From Escherichia phage REP2: a stretch of 64,000 nt of DNA. The position numbers and the translations under genes are program-made. Positions 32,970 to 40,747 of this stretch are shown here, piece by piece. Position 1 is the stretch's first letter. Each line of letters starts with the position of its first letter. The stretch is from the sequence record OQ174501.1; one strand, given 5' to 3'. The notes below the pieces were generated by a model. The model did no database searches, was not told the DNA's origin, and saw only the letters and a list, made by a program, of their open reading frames with translations.

Positions 32970-33199
32970 GCGAAAAACCAATTACTGTTAAAGAATTCCA
33001 AGAAAAAGTTAAACTATTTGCTCAAGAATTGGTAAATAAGGTTTCTGAACGATTTCCTGAAACGTCGGTTCGTGTTATTACCGAAACTCCTCGTTCGGTA
33101 TTAGTAATTGTGAATCCAGGTGATGGTGACCAAATAACACATCTCAAATTGGATTTTGATGGATTAGTTGAAGCACAAAGGGTGTATGGCGTACTATGA
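32963..33199 (+). CDS. Hypothetical early protein
   Basis: 78-aa ORF. Confidence 0.5.
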   Translation: MLSEKPITVKEFQEKVKLFAQELVNKVSERFPETSVRVITETPRSVLVIVNPGDGDQITHLKLDFDGLVEAQRVYGVL

Positions 33200-33534
33200 T
33201 GAATTTAACTGATATAATTGATAATTGTCTTGAAAATGATACTGGCGATCATAGAGCGCTTGACTCTGAAACAGCAAAGTTCATTAGAATAACTTTAATG
33301 AATGATACTCTGGTGAATAGTATTCATCCTTCTGTGTATGATGCTATTATTGTGACGAAGTATCCGGTTGAGCTTCATAAAAAGATGGTTGGCGCAATTT
33401 TTATTGATAAGAAAAACCGCTTTAAAGATGGGCAGAATATAATTAGTTCTGTTATTAAAAGTATAACTAAACTTCGTCACGAAATTTATCGTGTTGAAAC
33501 TGCTAAATCTGCTTATCTGGTGATTATGAAATGA
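33196..33534 (+). CDS. Hypothetical early protein
   Basis: 112-aa ORF. Confidence 0.55.
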   Translation: MMNLTDIIDNCLENDTGDHRALDSETAKFIRITLMNDTLVNSIHPSVYDAIIVTKYPVELHKKMVGAIFIDKKNRFKDGQNIISSVIKSITKLRHEIYRVETAKSAYLVIMK

Positions 33535-34112
33535 AAGCGAGTACAGTACTTCAAATTGCATATTTAGTATCACAAGAATCAAAATGTTGCTCCTGGAAAG
33601 TAGGAGCAGTAATTGAAAAGAATGGACGTATTATTTCTACTGGATATAATGGTTCACCTGCAGGTGGTGTGAACTGCTGTGATTATGCTGCTGAGCAAGG
33701 TTGGTTGCTGAATAAGCCTAAACATACTATCATTCAAGGTCATAAGCCTGAATGTGTATCGTTTGGTTCAACTGATCGTTTTGTATTGGCGAAAGAACAT
33801 CGTAGCGCGCACTCTGAATGGTCGTCTAAAAATGAAATTCATGCTGAACTAAATGCGATTTTGTTTGCTGCACGAAACGGTTCTTCAATTGAAGGTGCTA
33901 CTATGTATGTAACACTTTCTCCTTGCCCAGATTGTGCAAAAGCAATAGCTCAATCTGGAATTAAAAAGCTGGTTTATTGTGAAACATACGATAAAAATAA
34001 ACCTGGCTGGGATGATATTCTGCGAAATGCAGGTATTGAAGTGTTTAATGTTCCTAAGAAAAACTTAAATAAGTTAAACTGGGAAAATATCAACGAATTC
34101 TGTGGTGAATAA
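33531..34112 (+). CDS. cd: dCMP deaminase
   Basis: 193 aa; zinc-binding HAELNAI ... PCPDCA motifs; matches T4 Cd. Confidence 0.95.
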   Translation: MKASTVLQIAYLVSQESKCCSWKVGAVIEKNGRIISTGYNGSPAGGVNCCDYAAEQGWLLNKPKHTIIQGHKPECVSFGSTDRFVLAKEHRSAHSEWSSKNEIHAELNAILFAARNGSSIEGATMYVTLSPCPDCAKAIAQSGIKKLVYCETYDKNKPGWDDILRNAGIEVFNVPKKNLNKLNWENINEFCGE

Positions 34113-34348
34113 TGAAATTTCGTTTGGTACAGCTCACAGCAATTAGTTCTTATTCCAACGAGAACATTTCATTTGCTGTAGAGTATAAGAAGTATTTTTT
34201 CTCTAAATGGAAGCAGTATTATAAGTCAAACTGGGTTTGTATTGATAGACCACATAGTTGGAAATCTGATTTAGAAAAATGCCAAAAATTACTTTCCACT
34301 CTTAAAGAACGTGGAACAACTCATATTAAAACTGTAATAGGTAAATAA
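34112..34348 (+). CDS. Hypothetical protein (31.2 position)
   Basis: 78-aa ORF; synteny. Confidence 0.55.
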   Translation: MKFRLVQLTAISSYSNENISFAVEYKKYFFSKWKQYYKSNWVCIDRPHSWKSDLEKCQKLLSTLKERGTTHIKTVIGK

Positions 34349-34657
34349 ATGAAACTGACGACTGAACAAAAAGTAGCAATTCGTGAAATTTTGAAAACTA
34401 AATTGTCCATGGGTGTTTCAAACGTAGTTTTTGAAAAATCTGATGGTACTATTCGTATTATGAAAGGTACTCGTGATGCAGACTTTATGCCAACCATGCA
34501 AACTGGTAAATTGACTGAATCTACTCGGAAAGAATCTACTGATATGATTCCGATATTTGATGTTGAACTTGGCGCATGGCGAGGTTTTTCTATTGACAAA
34601 TTGATTTCTGTTAATGGTATGAAAGTTGAGCATTTGCTTCAATTTATTGGTAAATAA
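34349..34657 (+). CDS. Hypothetical protein (31.1 position)
   Basis: 102-aa ORF; synteny. Confidence 0.55.
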   Translation: MKLTTEQKVAIREILKTKLSMGVSNVVFEKSDGTIRIMKGTRDADFMPTMQTGKLTESTRKESTDMIPIFDVELGAWRGFSIDKLISVNGMKVEHLLQFIGK

Positions 34658-34713
34658 ATGCTTTAAGAATTATTTGTTATTATTAATTCATCTGTTAACA
34701 AAAAGGAAAAACG

Positions 34714-35049
34714 ATGTCTGAAGTACAACAGCTACCAATTCGTGCTGTCGGTGAATATGTTATTTTAGTTTCTGAACCTGCACAGGCTGGTGATGAAGAA
34801 GTTACAGAATCAGGACTTATTATCGGTAAACGTGTTCAAGGTGAAGTTCCTGAACTGTGTGTAGTTCACTCTGTTGGTCCTGATGTTCCTGAAGGTTTCT
34901 GCGAAGTCGGTGATTTGACTTCTCTTCCAGTTGGTCAAATTCGAAATGTTCCGCATCCTTTTGTAGCTCTGGGTCTTAAGCAGCCAAAAGAAATTAAACA
35001 AAAATTCGTTACTTGTCACTATAAAGCTATTCCATGTCTTTATAAGTGA
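34714..35049 (+). CDS. 31: Co-chaperonin gp31 (GroES analogue for capsid protein folding)
   Basis: 111 aa; [40 protein letters not shown]...; matches T4 gp31. Confidence 0.95.
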
Positions 35050-35056
35050 TATAAAT
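35049..35056 (+). promoter_or_regulatory. Candidate late promoter (TATAAATA) upstream of rIII
   Basis: Exact TATAAATA overlapping the gene 31 stop, about 140 nt upstream of the rIII ATG. Confidence 0.35.
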
Positions 35057-35196
35057 AATAATATGAATTGGGTGTCGGAATAATAAGTTAACCGAACAAT
35101 TCTATGTGGTAGTCTACAACTGAGAGATCTGTCGAAAGAAGATGAAATTCAGAAGAACGTGACTACCGAGTTTTAATCTCTAACGAGAATTTTTAA

Positions 35197-35445
35197 ATGA
35201 TTAAACAATTACAACACGCTCTTGAACTGCAACGAAACGCATGGAATAATGGTCACGAAAACTATGGCGCATCTATTGATGTTGAAGCCGAAGCTCTTGA
35301 AATCCTGCGTTATTTCAAACATCTAAATCCTGCTCAAACTGCATTAGCTGCTGAGCTTCAGGAAAAAGATGAACTTAAGTATGCTAAGCCTCTGGCTTCT
35401 GCTGCACGAAAAGCAGTTCGTCACTTTGTGGTAACATTGAAGTAA
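35197..35445 (+). CDS. rIII: rIII lysis-inhibition accessory protein
   Basis: 82 aa; MIKQLQHALELQRNAWNNGHENYG...; matches T4 rIII. Confidence 0.9.
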   Translation: MIKQLQHALELQRNAWNNGHENYGASIDVEAEALEILRYFKHLNPAQTALAAELQEKDELKYAKPLASAARKAVRHFVVTLK

Positions 35446-35649
35446 TTTATTGGAGATTCACTGCCTTAGTGTGAGCTAAAATCGAGGAGCCATCGAACTG
35501 TCTGATTAATGATTTGCGAATCATTATAGTTTTAAGACCCCGGCAGTTTTATGGTGTACCTCTTGAATGTGAATGATGACGGGTTTATGGTTATCCTGGT
35601 CGTTAAATACCCAAAAAACCTATGTTCCCCTTGAGGGCTTGCGCAGGCA

Positions 35650-35868
35650 ATGCCAATAAGTCCTGCATTTTCATTTAAAAGAGAATTTATAATGGCAAAA
35701 CAAGCTAAAGCAAAGAAAGCAGTTGAAAAGAAAGTTGGTGATTCTAAACGCGCTGGCTACAAGCGTGGGTCGAACTCTCGTATCAATCAAACTGTTGAGA
35801 AGATCATGCGCCGAGCACGTGCGGTTCTTCGAGATGATGCTTCTCGTTTTGGTAAGCAGAAAGCATAA
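35650..35868 (+). CDS. Small basic protein, hypothetical (30.9 position)
   Basis: 72 aa, Lys/Arg-rich (MAKQAKAKKAVEKKVGDSKRAGYKRG... from the internal ATG at 35692); followed by a terminator. Confidence 0.5.
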   Translation: MPISPAFSFKREFIMAKQAKAKKAVEKKVGDSKRAGYKRGSNSRINQTVEKIMRRARAVLRDDASRFGKQKA

Positions 35869-35871
35869 GTT

Positions 35872-35900
35872 GAGGACTCCTTCGGGAGTCCTTTTTTATT
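35872..35900 (+). terminator. Rho-independent terminator
   Basis: GAGGACTCC-TTCG-GGAGTCCT followed by TTTTTTATTTT. Confidence 0.85.
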
Positions 35901-35922
35901 TTCCAAAGACTGCATAAAGTTG

Positions 35923-35972
35923 TTTACAGTATGGTTCCTTTGTGATAGTATTATCTTACACAAACAAAGGAG
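35923..35972 (+). promoter_or_regulatory. Early-type promoter with inverted repeat linking promoter spacer to SD
   Basis: GTTTAC (35923-35928), TGATAGTAT -10; CCTTTGT (35937-35943) pairs with ACAAAGG (35964-35970) overlapping SD AAGGAG. Confidence 0.6.
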
Positions 35973-35978
35973 AATAAA

Positions 35979-36311
35979 ATGAAAACGATTAATCTGAACG
36001 CTGCAGTTAAAACTAAATGCTTCAATGGTAAATATGATGAAACTATGTGGTTCTTAATGGCAGTTGAAGGTGATATTATTGAAGTAGAAACAACAGAAGG
36101 TATGGGAACAGATTTCACCTTTACAATTCAAGTTCATAATTTCTTTACTGGTTGGATTTATGAATTGAATACAGTAATCGTTGGAAAAATTGAACAAAAT
36201 GAATTAGGTGAATGGTATTATGTTACAGCTCGCCAACGTGCCGAACGCTTAATTGAGAAGATGAAAAAAGTTGGTAAACTTGATATGCAGCATTGGAAAG
36301 TAGTAAAATAA
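35979..36311 (+). CDS. Hypothetical early protein (30.8 position)
   Basis: 110-aa ORF; AAGGAGAATAAAATG start context. Confidence 0.6.
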   Translation: MKTINLNAAVKTKCFNGKYDETMWFLMAVEGDIIEVETTEGMGTDFTFTIQVHNFFTGWIYELNTVIVGKIEQNELGEWYYVTARQRAERLIEKMKKVGKLDMQHWKVVK

Positions 36312-36313
36312 TT

Positions 36314-36353
36314 GTTTACTTTGGTACAGGATATGATATTATATACCTGTACC
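36314..36353 (+). promoter_or_regulatory. Early-type promoter with perfect 8-bp inverted repeat embracing the -10
   Basis: GTTTAC (36314-36319); GGTACAGG (36323-36330) ... ATATGATATTATATA ... CCTGTACC (36346-36353). Confidence 0.6.
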
Positions 36354-36378
36354 GCAATTAAACATCTTGGAGAATAAA

Positions 36379-36744
36379 ATGAACTACATCAACTTTGAAC
36401 GTAAATATGTTTCTAATGGTATTGCAGGTTCTATTGATACTATTTGCCTTTGGAAACATCAAAATGGATCAGTATGCGAAATTGAACAGTATATGACTCC
36501 TAACTACGTTTATATGCGATTTGAAAACGGTATCACGGTTTCAATCACAATGGAAGGTTCCAACTTCAAAATCGCTCTGGATGATGATTTTCGTCAACGC
36601 GATTTAGGGACCCATCCTTGCTGGAATGGCGCTAATCGTAAGCTTCTGGTTAAAACTTGGATTCGTCATATTTTGAGTAACAGAGCTAAACCTGAGCATC
36701 TTGAAGCAATCTTTGATGTAGTTCTTAACGAATTTGATATTTAA
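36379..36744 (+). CDS. Hypothetical early protein (30.7 position)
   Basis: 121 aa from MNYINFERKY..., SD GGAG 6 nt upstream; the track start is an upstream TTG. Confidence 0.6.
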   Translation: MNYINFERKYVSNGIAGSIDTICLWKHQNGSVCEIEQYMTPNYVYMRFENGITVSITMEGSNFKIALDDDFRQRDLGTHPCWNGANRKLLVKTWIRHILSNRAKPEHLEAIFDVVLNEFDI

Positions 36745-36784
36745 AATAAAACAGGGGCTTCGGCCCCTTACTGAGGAAAATACT

Positions 36785-37072
36785 ATGTTTATGACTACTT
36801 ATTTTGATACCCGCAAAAATTTCTGTGAAGTTGTTTTCTCTAAGGCGCCTAAAGACCTTCCTGCTCATTTGCAACCTACCAGTGAATCGATTAAAAATTA
36901 TGTTGATGTGGTTTGTCCTTTAGAGTTTCGCACTGTAAATGGGCGTGATACTTTGTCTATCATTAAACTTAATGGCGAAATTGACATTGATCCCTCAATT
37001 GCGCGTGAAATTAATATTTCTGATATTGGCGGCGGTAATGTTAAATCACATGGGTTTCAGATGAGGTTCTAA
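36785..37072 (+). CDS. Hypothetical early protein (30.6 position)
   Basis: 95 aa from MFMTTYFD..., SD GAGGA upstream; a hairpin AGGGGC-TTCG-GCCCCT precedes it. Confidence 0.55.
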   Translation: MFMTTYFDTRKNFCEVVFSKAPKDLPAHLQPTSESIKNYVDVVCPLEFRTVNGRDTLSIIKLNGEIDIDPSIAREINISDIGGGNVKSHGFQMRF

Positions 37073-37269
37073 TGAAATTCTTTTTAGGTCAAACCGTTGA
37101 ATTAAAGGGAGTTGGTATACCTGGATTAATTTCTAAGGTTTTACCCGCATTTAAATTGGGAGATGTTCAAGTAAAAGAGGCTTATATTGTTTCTTGGGTA
37201 GATGGAAATGAAGACCTTCATATGGGCGATGAATTATCTCCTATCTATGGATTAAAGGAATTAATATGA
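37072..37269 (+). CDS. Hypothetical early protein (30.5 position)
   Basis: 65-aa ORF. Confidence 0.5.
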   Translation: MKFFLGQTVELKGVGIPGLISKVLPAFKLGDVQVKEAYIVSWVDGNEDLHMGDELSPIYGLKELI

Positions 37270-37472
37270 ATATAATTAATAAGATTTTTGGAATTCAGTA
37301 CATTAAGGTCACATATAAAGTAACAGATAAAAATCCGTATACTGATGAACACGAAGAACCACAAGTTGAGTCTATTATATTAGAAAAGGACCCTAACTGG
37401 CCAGTTGAATTTCGTCTTCCTTGCTATGGTCATTGGGCTGATGTTGAAATTATAAGCATTGAAAATGTCTGA
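37266..37472 (+). CDS. Hypothetical early protein (30.4 position)
   Basis: 68-aa ORF. Confidence 0.5.
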   Translation: MNIINKIFGIQYIKVTYKVTDKNPYTDEHEEPQVESIILEKDPNWPVEFRLPCYGHWADVEIISIENV

Positions 37473-37923
37473 GTTAGAGATTAGAAGTAATTTTAGATGG
37501 CCATCATGTGCATTAAGTAATTTCGCTCAATGGCCTTTCGTTATGGATGGTATTCAATTTGGAGGTCTCGAAGGATTCCTCCAAGGATGCAAGGTGAAAA
37601 ATGTTGAACAACAACGTCGTATATTTGGGTTATCTGGGCTTGCCGCCCAACAAGCTGGAAGGTCTTATGCTAGAGCTCAGGACCGTGGGACCCTCTTCTG
37701 GCTTGGAGTTCCGTTTTCAAGATACTCCCCGGCGTGGAAAGAATTATACACAAATGCATATTTTGAAGCAGCGATCCAAAACAAGGGCTTTCGTGATGCA
37801 TTACAAGCCTCGAAAGGAAAAGTTTTGAAGCACAGCATGGCTAGTGGTCTAACAAAAGATGATACAATACTAACCGAAGCTGAATTTATTAATGTGTTAA
37901 ACCTATTAAGAGATTCTCTATGA
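37459..37923 (+). CDS. NADAR-family (YbiA / DUF1768-like) protein, candidate ADP-ribose / N-glycosidic hydrolase (30.3 position)
   Basis: 154 aa; CALSNFAQWPFVMDGIQFGGLEGFLQGCK resembles the NADAR signature FSNFA-WP-VDG ... EHYFQA-K of E. coli YbiA as remembered. Confidence 0.6.
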   Translation: MKMSELEIRSNFRWPSCALSNFAQWPFVMDGIQFGGLEGFLQGCKVKNVEQQRRIFGLSGLAAQQAGRSYARAQDRGTLFWLGVPFSRYSPAWKELYTNAYFEAAIQNKGFRDALQASKGKVLKHSMASGLTKDDTILTEAEFINVLNLLRDSL

Positions 37924-38783
37924 AGCCTACTATTTTAACTGATATTGATGGAGTATGTTTAAGCTGGCAATCAGGTCTTCCTTATTTTGCCCAGAAATAT
38001 AATCTTCCGTTAGAACATATTTTAAAAATGATCCAGGATGAGAAATTTATTTCTCCTGGTAAACTATTTAATTGCGATGAAGAACTTGGCGTTAAGCTAA
38101 TTGAAAAATACAATCGTTCGGATTTTATTCGATACTTGTCTCCATATAAAGATGCCCTGTGTGTAATTAACAAATTAAAAGAAGATTATAATTTTGTAGC
38201 TGTTACAGCATTGGGTGATTCTATTGACGCTCTGTTGAATCGTCAATTTAATTTGAATGCTCTTTTTCCTGGTGCCTTCTCAGAAGTAATGATGTGTGGT
38301 CATGATTCTTCAAAAGAAGAGTTGTTCAAAAAGGCAAAAGAGAAATATAACGTAATTTGTTATATTGACGATCTCGCTCACCACTGCGACCACGCGAGTG
38401 AAATATTAAATGTTCCGGTTTATTGGATGGCTCGAGGAGAGCGTGACAATATTCCAAAAACTGCTCAGCGAGTTTATACATGGAATGATATAGAAAATAA
38501 GCTTTTTTCACCGAAGGAAAATAAAGAAAGTTTTGATAGTGAAAAAGCTATAAAAGATGTAATTGAGAAGATGGTTAAAAACGATTCTTTTCGTTGGAAC
38601 ACTACCTGGAGAACTCCTGGATTTAATCCGTATAATCCATATTATACACATCCATATAATCCATATTATACACACCCGTATCATATGAATCCATTCCATA
38701 CGTGGAGTTATACTAAGCCTGGTGATGCAGGGTATTTTAATAGATTTACTAGTGGTGATAATATTTTCCAAGGAGCATTCTAA
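37920..38783 (+). CDS. HAD-like hydrolase-fold protein with Tyr/Pro-rich tandem-repeat C-terminus (30.2 position)
   Basis: 287 aa; N-terminal ILTDIDGVCLSW (HAD motif I, DxDG); C-terminal NPYNPYYTHPYNPYYTHPYHMNPFHTW. Confidence 0.6.
   Translation: MKPTILTDIDGVCLSWQSGLPYFAQKYNLPLEHILKMIQDEKFISPGKLFNCDEELGVKLIEKYNRSDFIRYLSPYKDALCVINKLKEDYNFVAVTALGDSIDALLNRQFNLNALFPGAFSEVMMCGHDSSKEELFKKAKEKYNVICYIDDLAHHCDHASEILNVPVYWMARGERDNIPKTAQRVYTWNDIENKLFSPKENKESFDSEKAIKDVIEKMVKNDSFRWNTTWRTPGFNPYNPYYTHPYNPYYTHPYHMNPFHTWSYTKPGDAGYFNRFTSGDNIFQGAF
38628..38699 (+). repeat. 3 x 24-bp tandem direct repeat inside the 30.2-position gene
   Basis: CCGTATAATCCATATTATACACAT / CCATATAATCCATATTATACACAC / degenerate third unit. 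Confidence 0.8.
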
Positions 38784-39052
38784 TGTTTGTCGTTCACACT
38801 ATTTATGAAAATGAAGGTAATACTACACGTGATTACGGTCACGTAAATCAATTTTTTAGATGCAATCCAGAATTCCGAGCTCAAAAAGACGAACGAATTT
38901 TTAAAAAATGTGTAGAGCAAGGTTTCATTTATATCAAGCACTGGATGCAAGGAAATAAAGTTAGAACTACATATCATAAGTCTTTACCTGAGCTTAATGA
39001 TGAATTGATTTATAATAGAGCTGTAAACCAAACCTTGAAGGATGAGCAATGA
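38783..39052 (+). CDS. Hypothetical early protein (30.1 position)
   Basis: 89-aa ORF; overlapping stop/start with neighbours. Confidence 0.55.
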   Translation: MFVVHTIYENEGNTTRDYGHVNQFFRCNPEFRAQKDERIFKKCVEQGFIYIKHWMQGNKVRTTYHKSLPELNDELIYNRAVNQTLKDEQ

Positions 39053-40509
39053 TTCTTAAAATTCTGAATGAAATAGCATCTATTGGATCAACTAAGCAGA
39101 AGCAAGCAATTCTTGAAAAGAATAAAGATAATGAATTGCTTAAACGGGTATATCGTCTGACTTATTCTCGTGGGTTACAGTATTATATCAAGAAATGGCC
39201 TAAACCTGGTATTGCTACCCAGAGTTTTGGAATGCTGACTATTACCGATATGCTTGACTTCATTGAATTCACGTTAGCTACTCGGAAATTGACCGGAAAT
39301 GCTGCAATTGAGGAATTGACTGGATATATCACCGATGGTAAAAAGGATGATGTTGAAGTTTTGCGTCGAGTGATGATGCGAGACCTTGAATGCGGTGCTT
39401 CAGTATCTATTGCAAACAAAGTTTGGCCAGGTTTAATTCCTGAACAACCTCAAATGCTGGCAAGTTCTTATGATGAAAAAGGCATTAATAAGAATATCAA
39501 ATTTCCAGCCTTTGCCCAGTTAAAAGCTGATGGAGCTCGGTGTTTTGCTGAAGTCCGAGGTGATGAATTAGATGATGTTCGTCTTTTATCACGAGCTGGT
39601 AATGAATATCTAGGATTAGATCTTCTTAAGGAAGAGTTAATCAAAATGACCGCTGAAGCCCGCCAGATTCATCCAGAAGGCGTGTTAATTGATGGCGAAT
39701 TGGTATATCATGAGCAAGTTGAAAAAGAGCCAGAAGGTCTAGATTTTCTTTTTGATGCTCCTGAAATCAGTAAAGCTAAAGAGTTTGCCGAAGTAGCTGA
39801 ATCTCGTACTGCATCTAATGGCATCGCCAATAAATCTTTAAAGGGAACCATTTCTGAAAAAGAAGCTCAATGCATGAAGTTTCAGGTCTGGGATTATGTC
39901 CCGTTGGTAGAAATATACGGTCTTCCTGCATTTCGTTTGAAATATGATGTACGTTTTTCTAAACTAGAACAAATGACATCAGGTTATGATAAAGTAATTT
40001 TAATTGAAAACCAGGTAGTAAATAACCTAGATGAAGCTAAGGTAATTTATAAAAAGTATATTGATCAAGGTCTTGAAGGTATTATTCTCAAAAATACCGA
40101 TGGATTATGGGAAAATGCTCGTTCAAAAAATCTTTATAAATTTAAAGAAGTAATTGATGTTGATTTAAAAATTGTAGGAATTTATCCTCACCGTAAAGAC
40201 CCTACTAAAGCAGGTGGTTTCATTCTTGAATCAGAGTGTGGAAAAATTAAAGTAAATGCTGGTTCAGGCTTAAAAGATAAAGCCGGTATAAAATCGCATG
40301 AACTTGATCGTACTCGCATTATGGAAAACCAAAATTATTATATTGGAAAAATTCTAGAGTGCGAATGCAACGGCTGGGTAAAATTAGATGGACGTACTGA
40401 TTACGTTAAGCTATTTCTTCCAATTGCAATTCGTTTACGTGAAGATAAAACTAAAGCTAATACGTTCGAAGATGTATTTGGCGATTTTCATGAGGTAACT
40501 GGTTTATGA
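39049..40509 (+). CDS. 30: ATP-dependent DNA ligase
   Basis: 486 aa; adenylylation motif KADGAR; MILKILNEIASIGSTKQKQAILEKNKDNELLKRVYRLTYSRG... matches T4 ligase. Confidence 0.97.
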   Translation: MILKILNEIASIGSTKQKQAILEKNKDNELLKRVYRLTYSRGLQYYIKKWPKPGIATQSFGMLTITDMLDFIEFTLATRKLTGNAAIEELTGYITDGKKDDVEVLRRVMMRDLECGASVSIANKVWPGLIPEQPQMLASSYDEKGINKNIKFPAFAQLKADGARCFAEVRGDELDDVRLLSRAGNEYLGLDLLKEELIKMTAEARQIHPEGVLIDGELVYHEQVEKEPEGLDFLFDAPEISKAKEFAEVAESRTASNGIANKSLKGTISEKEAQCMKFQVWDYVPLVEIYGLPAFRLKYDVRFSKLEQMTSGYDKVILIENQVVNNLDEAKVIYKKYIDQGLEGIILKNTDGLWENARSKNLYKFKEVIDVDLKIVGIYPHRKDPTKAGGFILESECGKIKVNAGSGLKDKAGIKSHELDRTRIMENQNYYIGKILECECNGWVKLDGRTDYVKLFLPIAIRLREDKTKANTFEDVFGDFHEVTGL

Positions 40510-40691
40510 AAGCTTACTTAGAAACAATTGTCGTGGCTCAAAAAGAAGGTGGAGATGTTTCCACTGCGGTATCGCAGGTTATTCTTGAATTCCCAGATAA
40601 ACTAGCATATGATGAATTCACGGAAAGATTTGATCCATATGAAAAAGGTCCAAAGTTTGAAGTATATCGTACTCTTTTAGCTCTCTATTAA
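40506..40691 (+). CDS. Hypothetical protein
   Basis: 61-aa ORF followed by a hairpin. Confidence 0.5.
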   Translation: MKAYLETIVVAQKEGGDVSTAVSQVILEFPDKLAYDEFTERFDPYEKGPKFEVYRTLLALY

Positions 40692-40692
40692 T

Positions 40693-40720
40693 TAAAGGCC
40701 TTCGGGCCTTTAATTTTATA
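40693..40720 (+). terminator. Hairpin / putative terminator
   Basis: AAAGGCC-TTCG-GGCCTTT followed by AATTTTAT (weak U-tract). Confidence 0.5.
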
Positions 40721-40747
40721 AATAGAATAAACACTAGAGAGGATAAC

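Noticed and set aside
35446-35649. tRNA or other classical RNA gene in the rIII / 30.9 intergenic region
   Set aside because: No cloverleaf could be drawn: no GTTCGAAT-like T-loop and no matching acceptor-stem complement.
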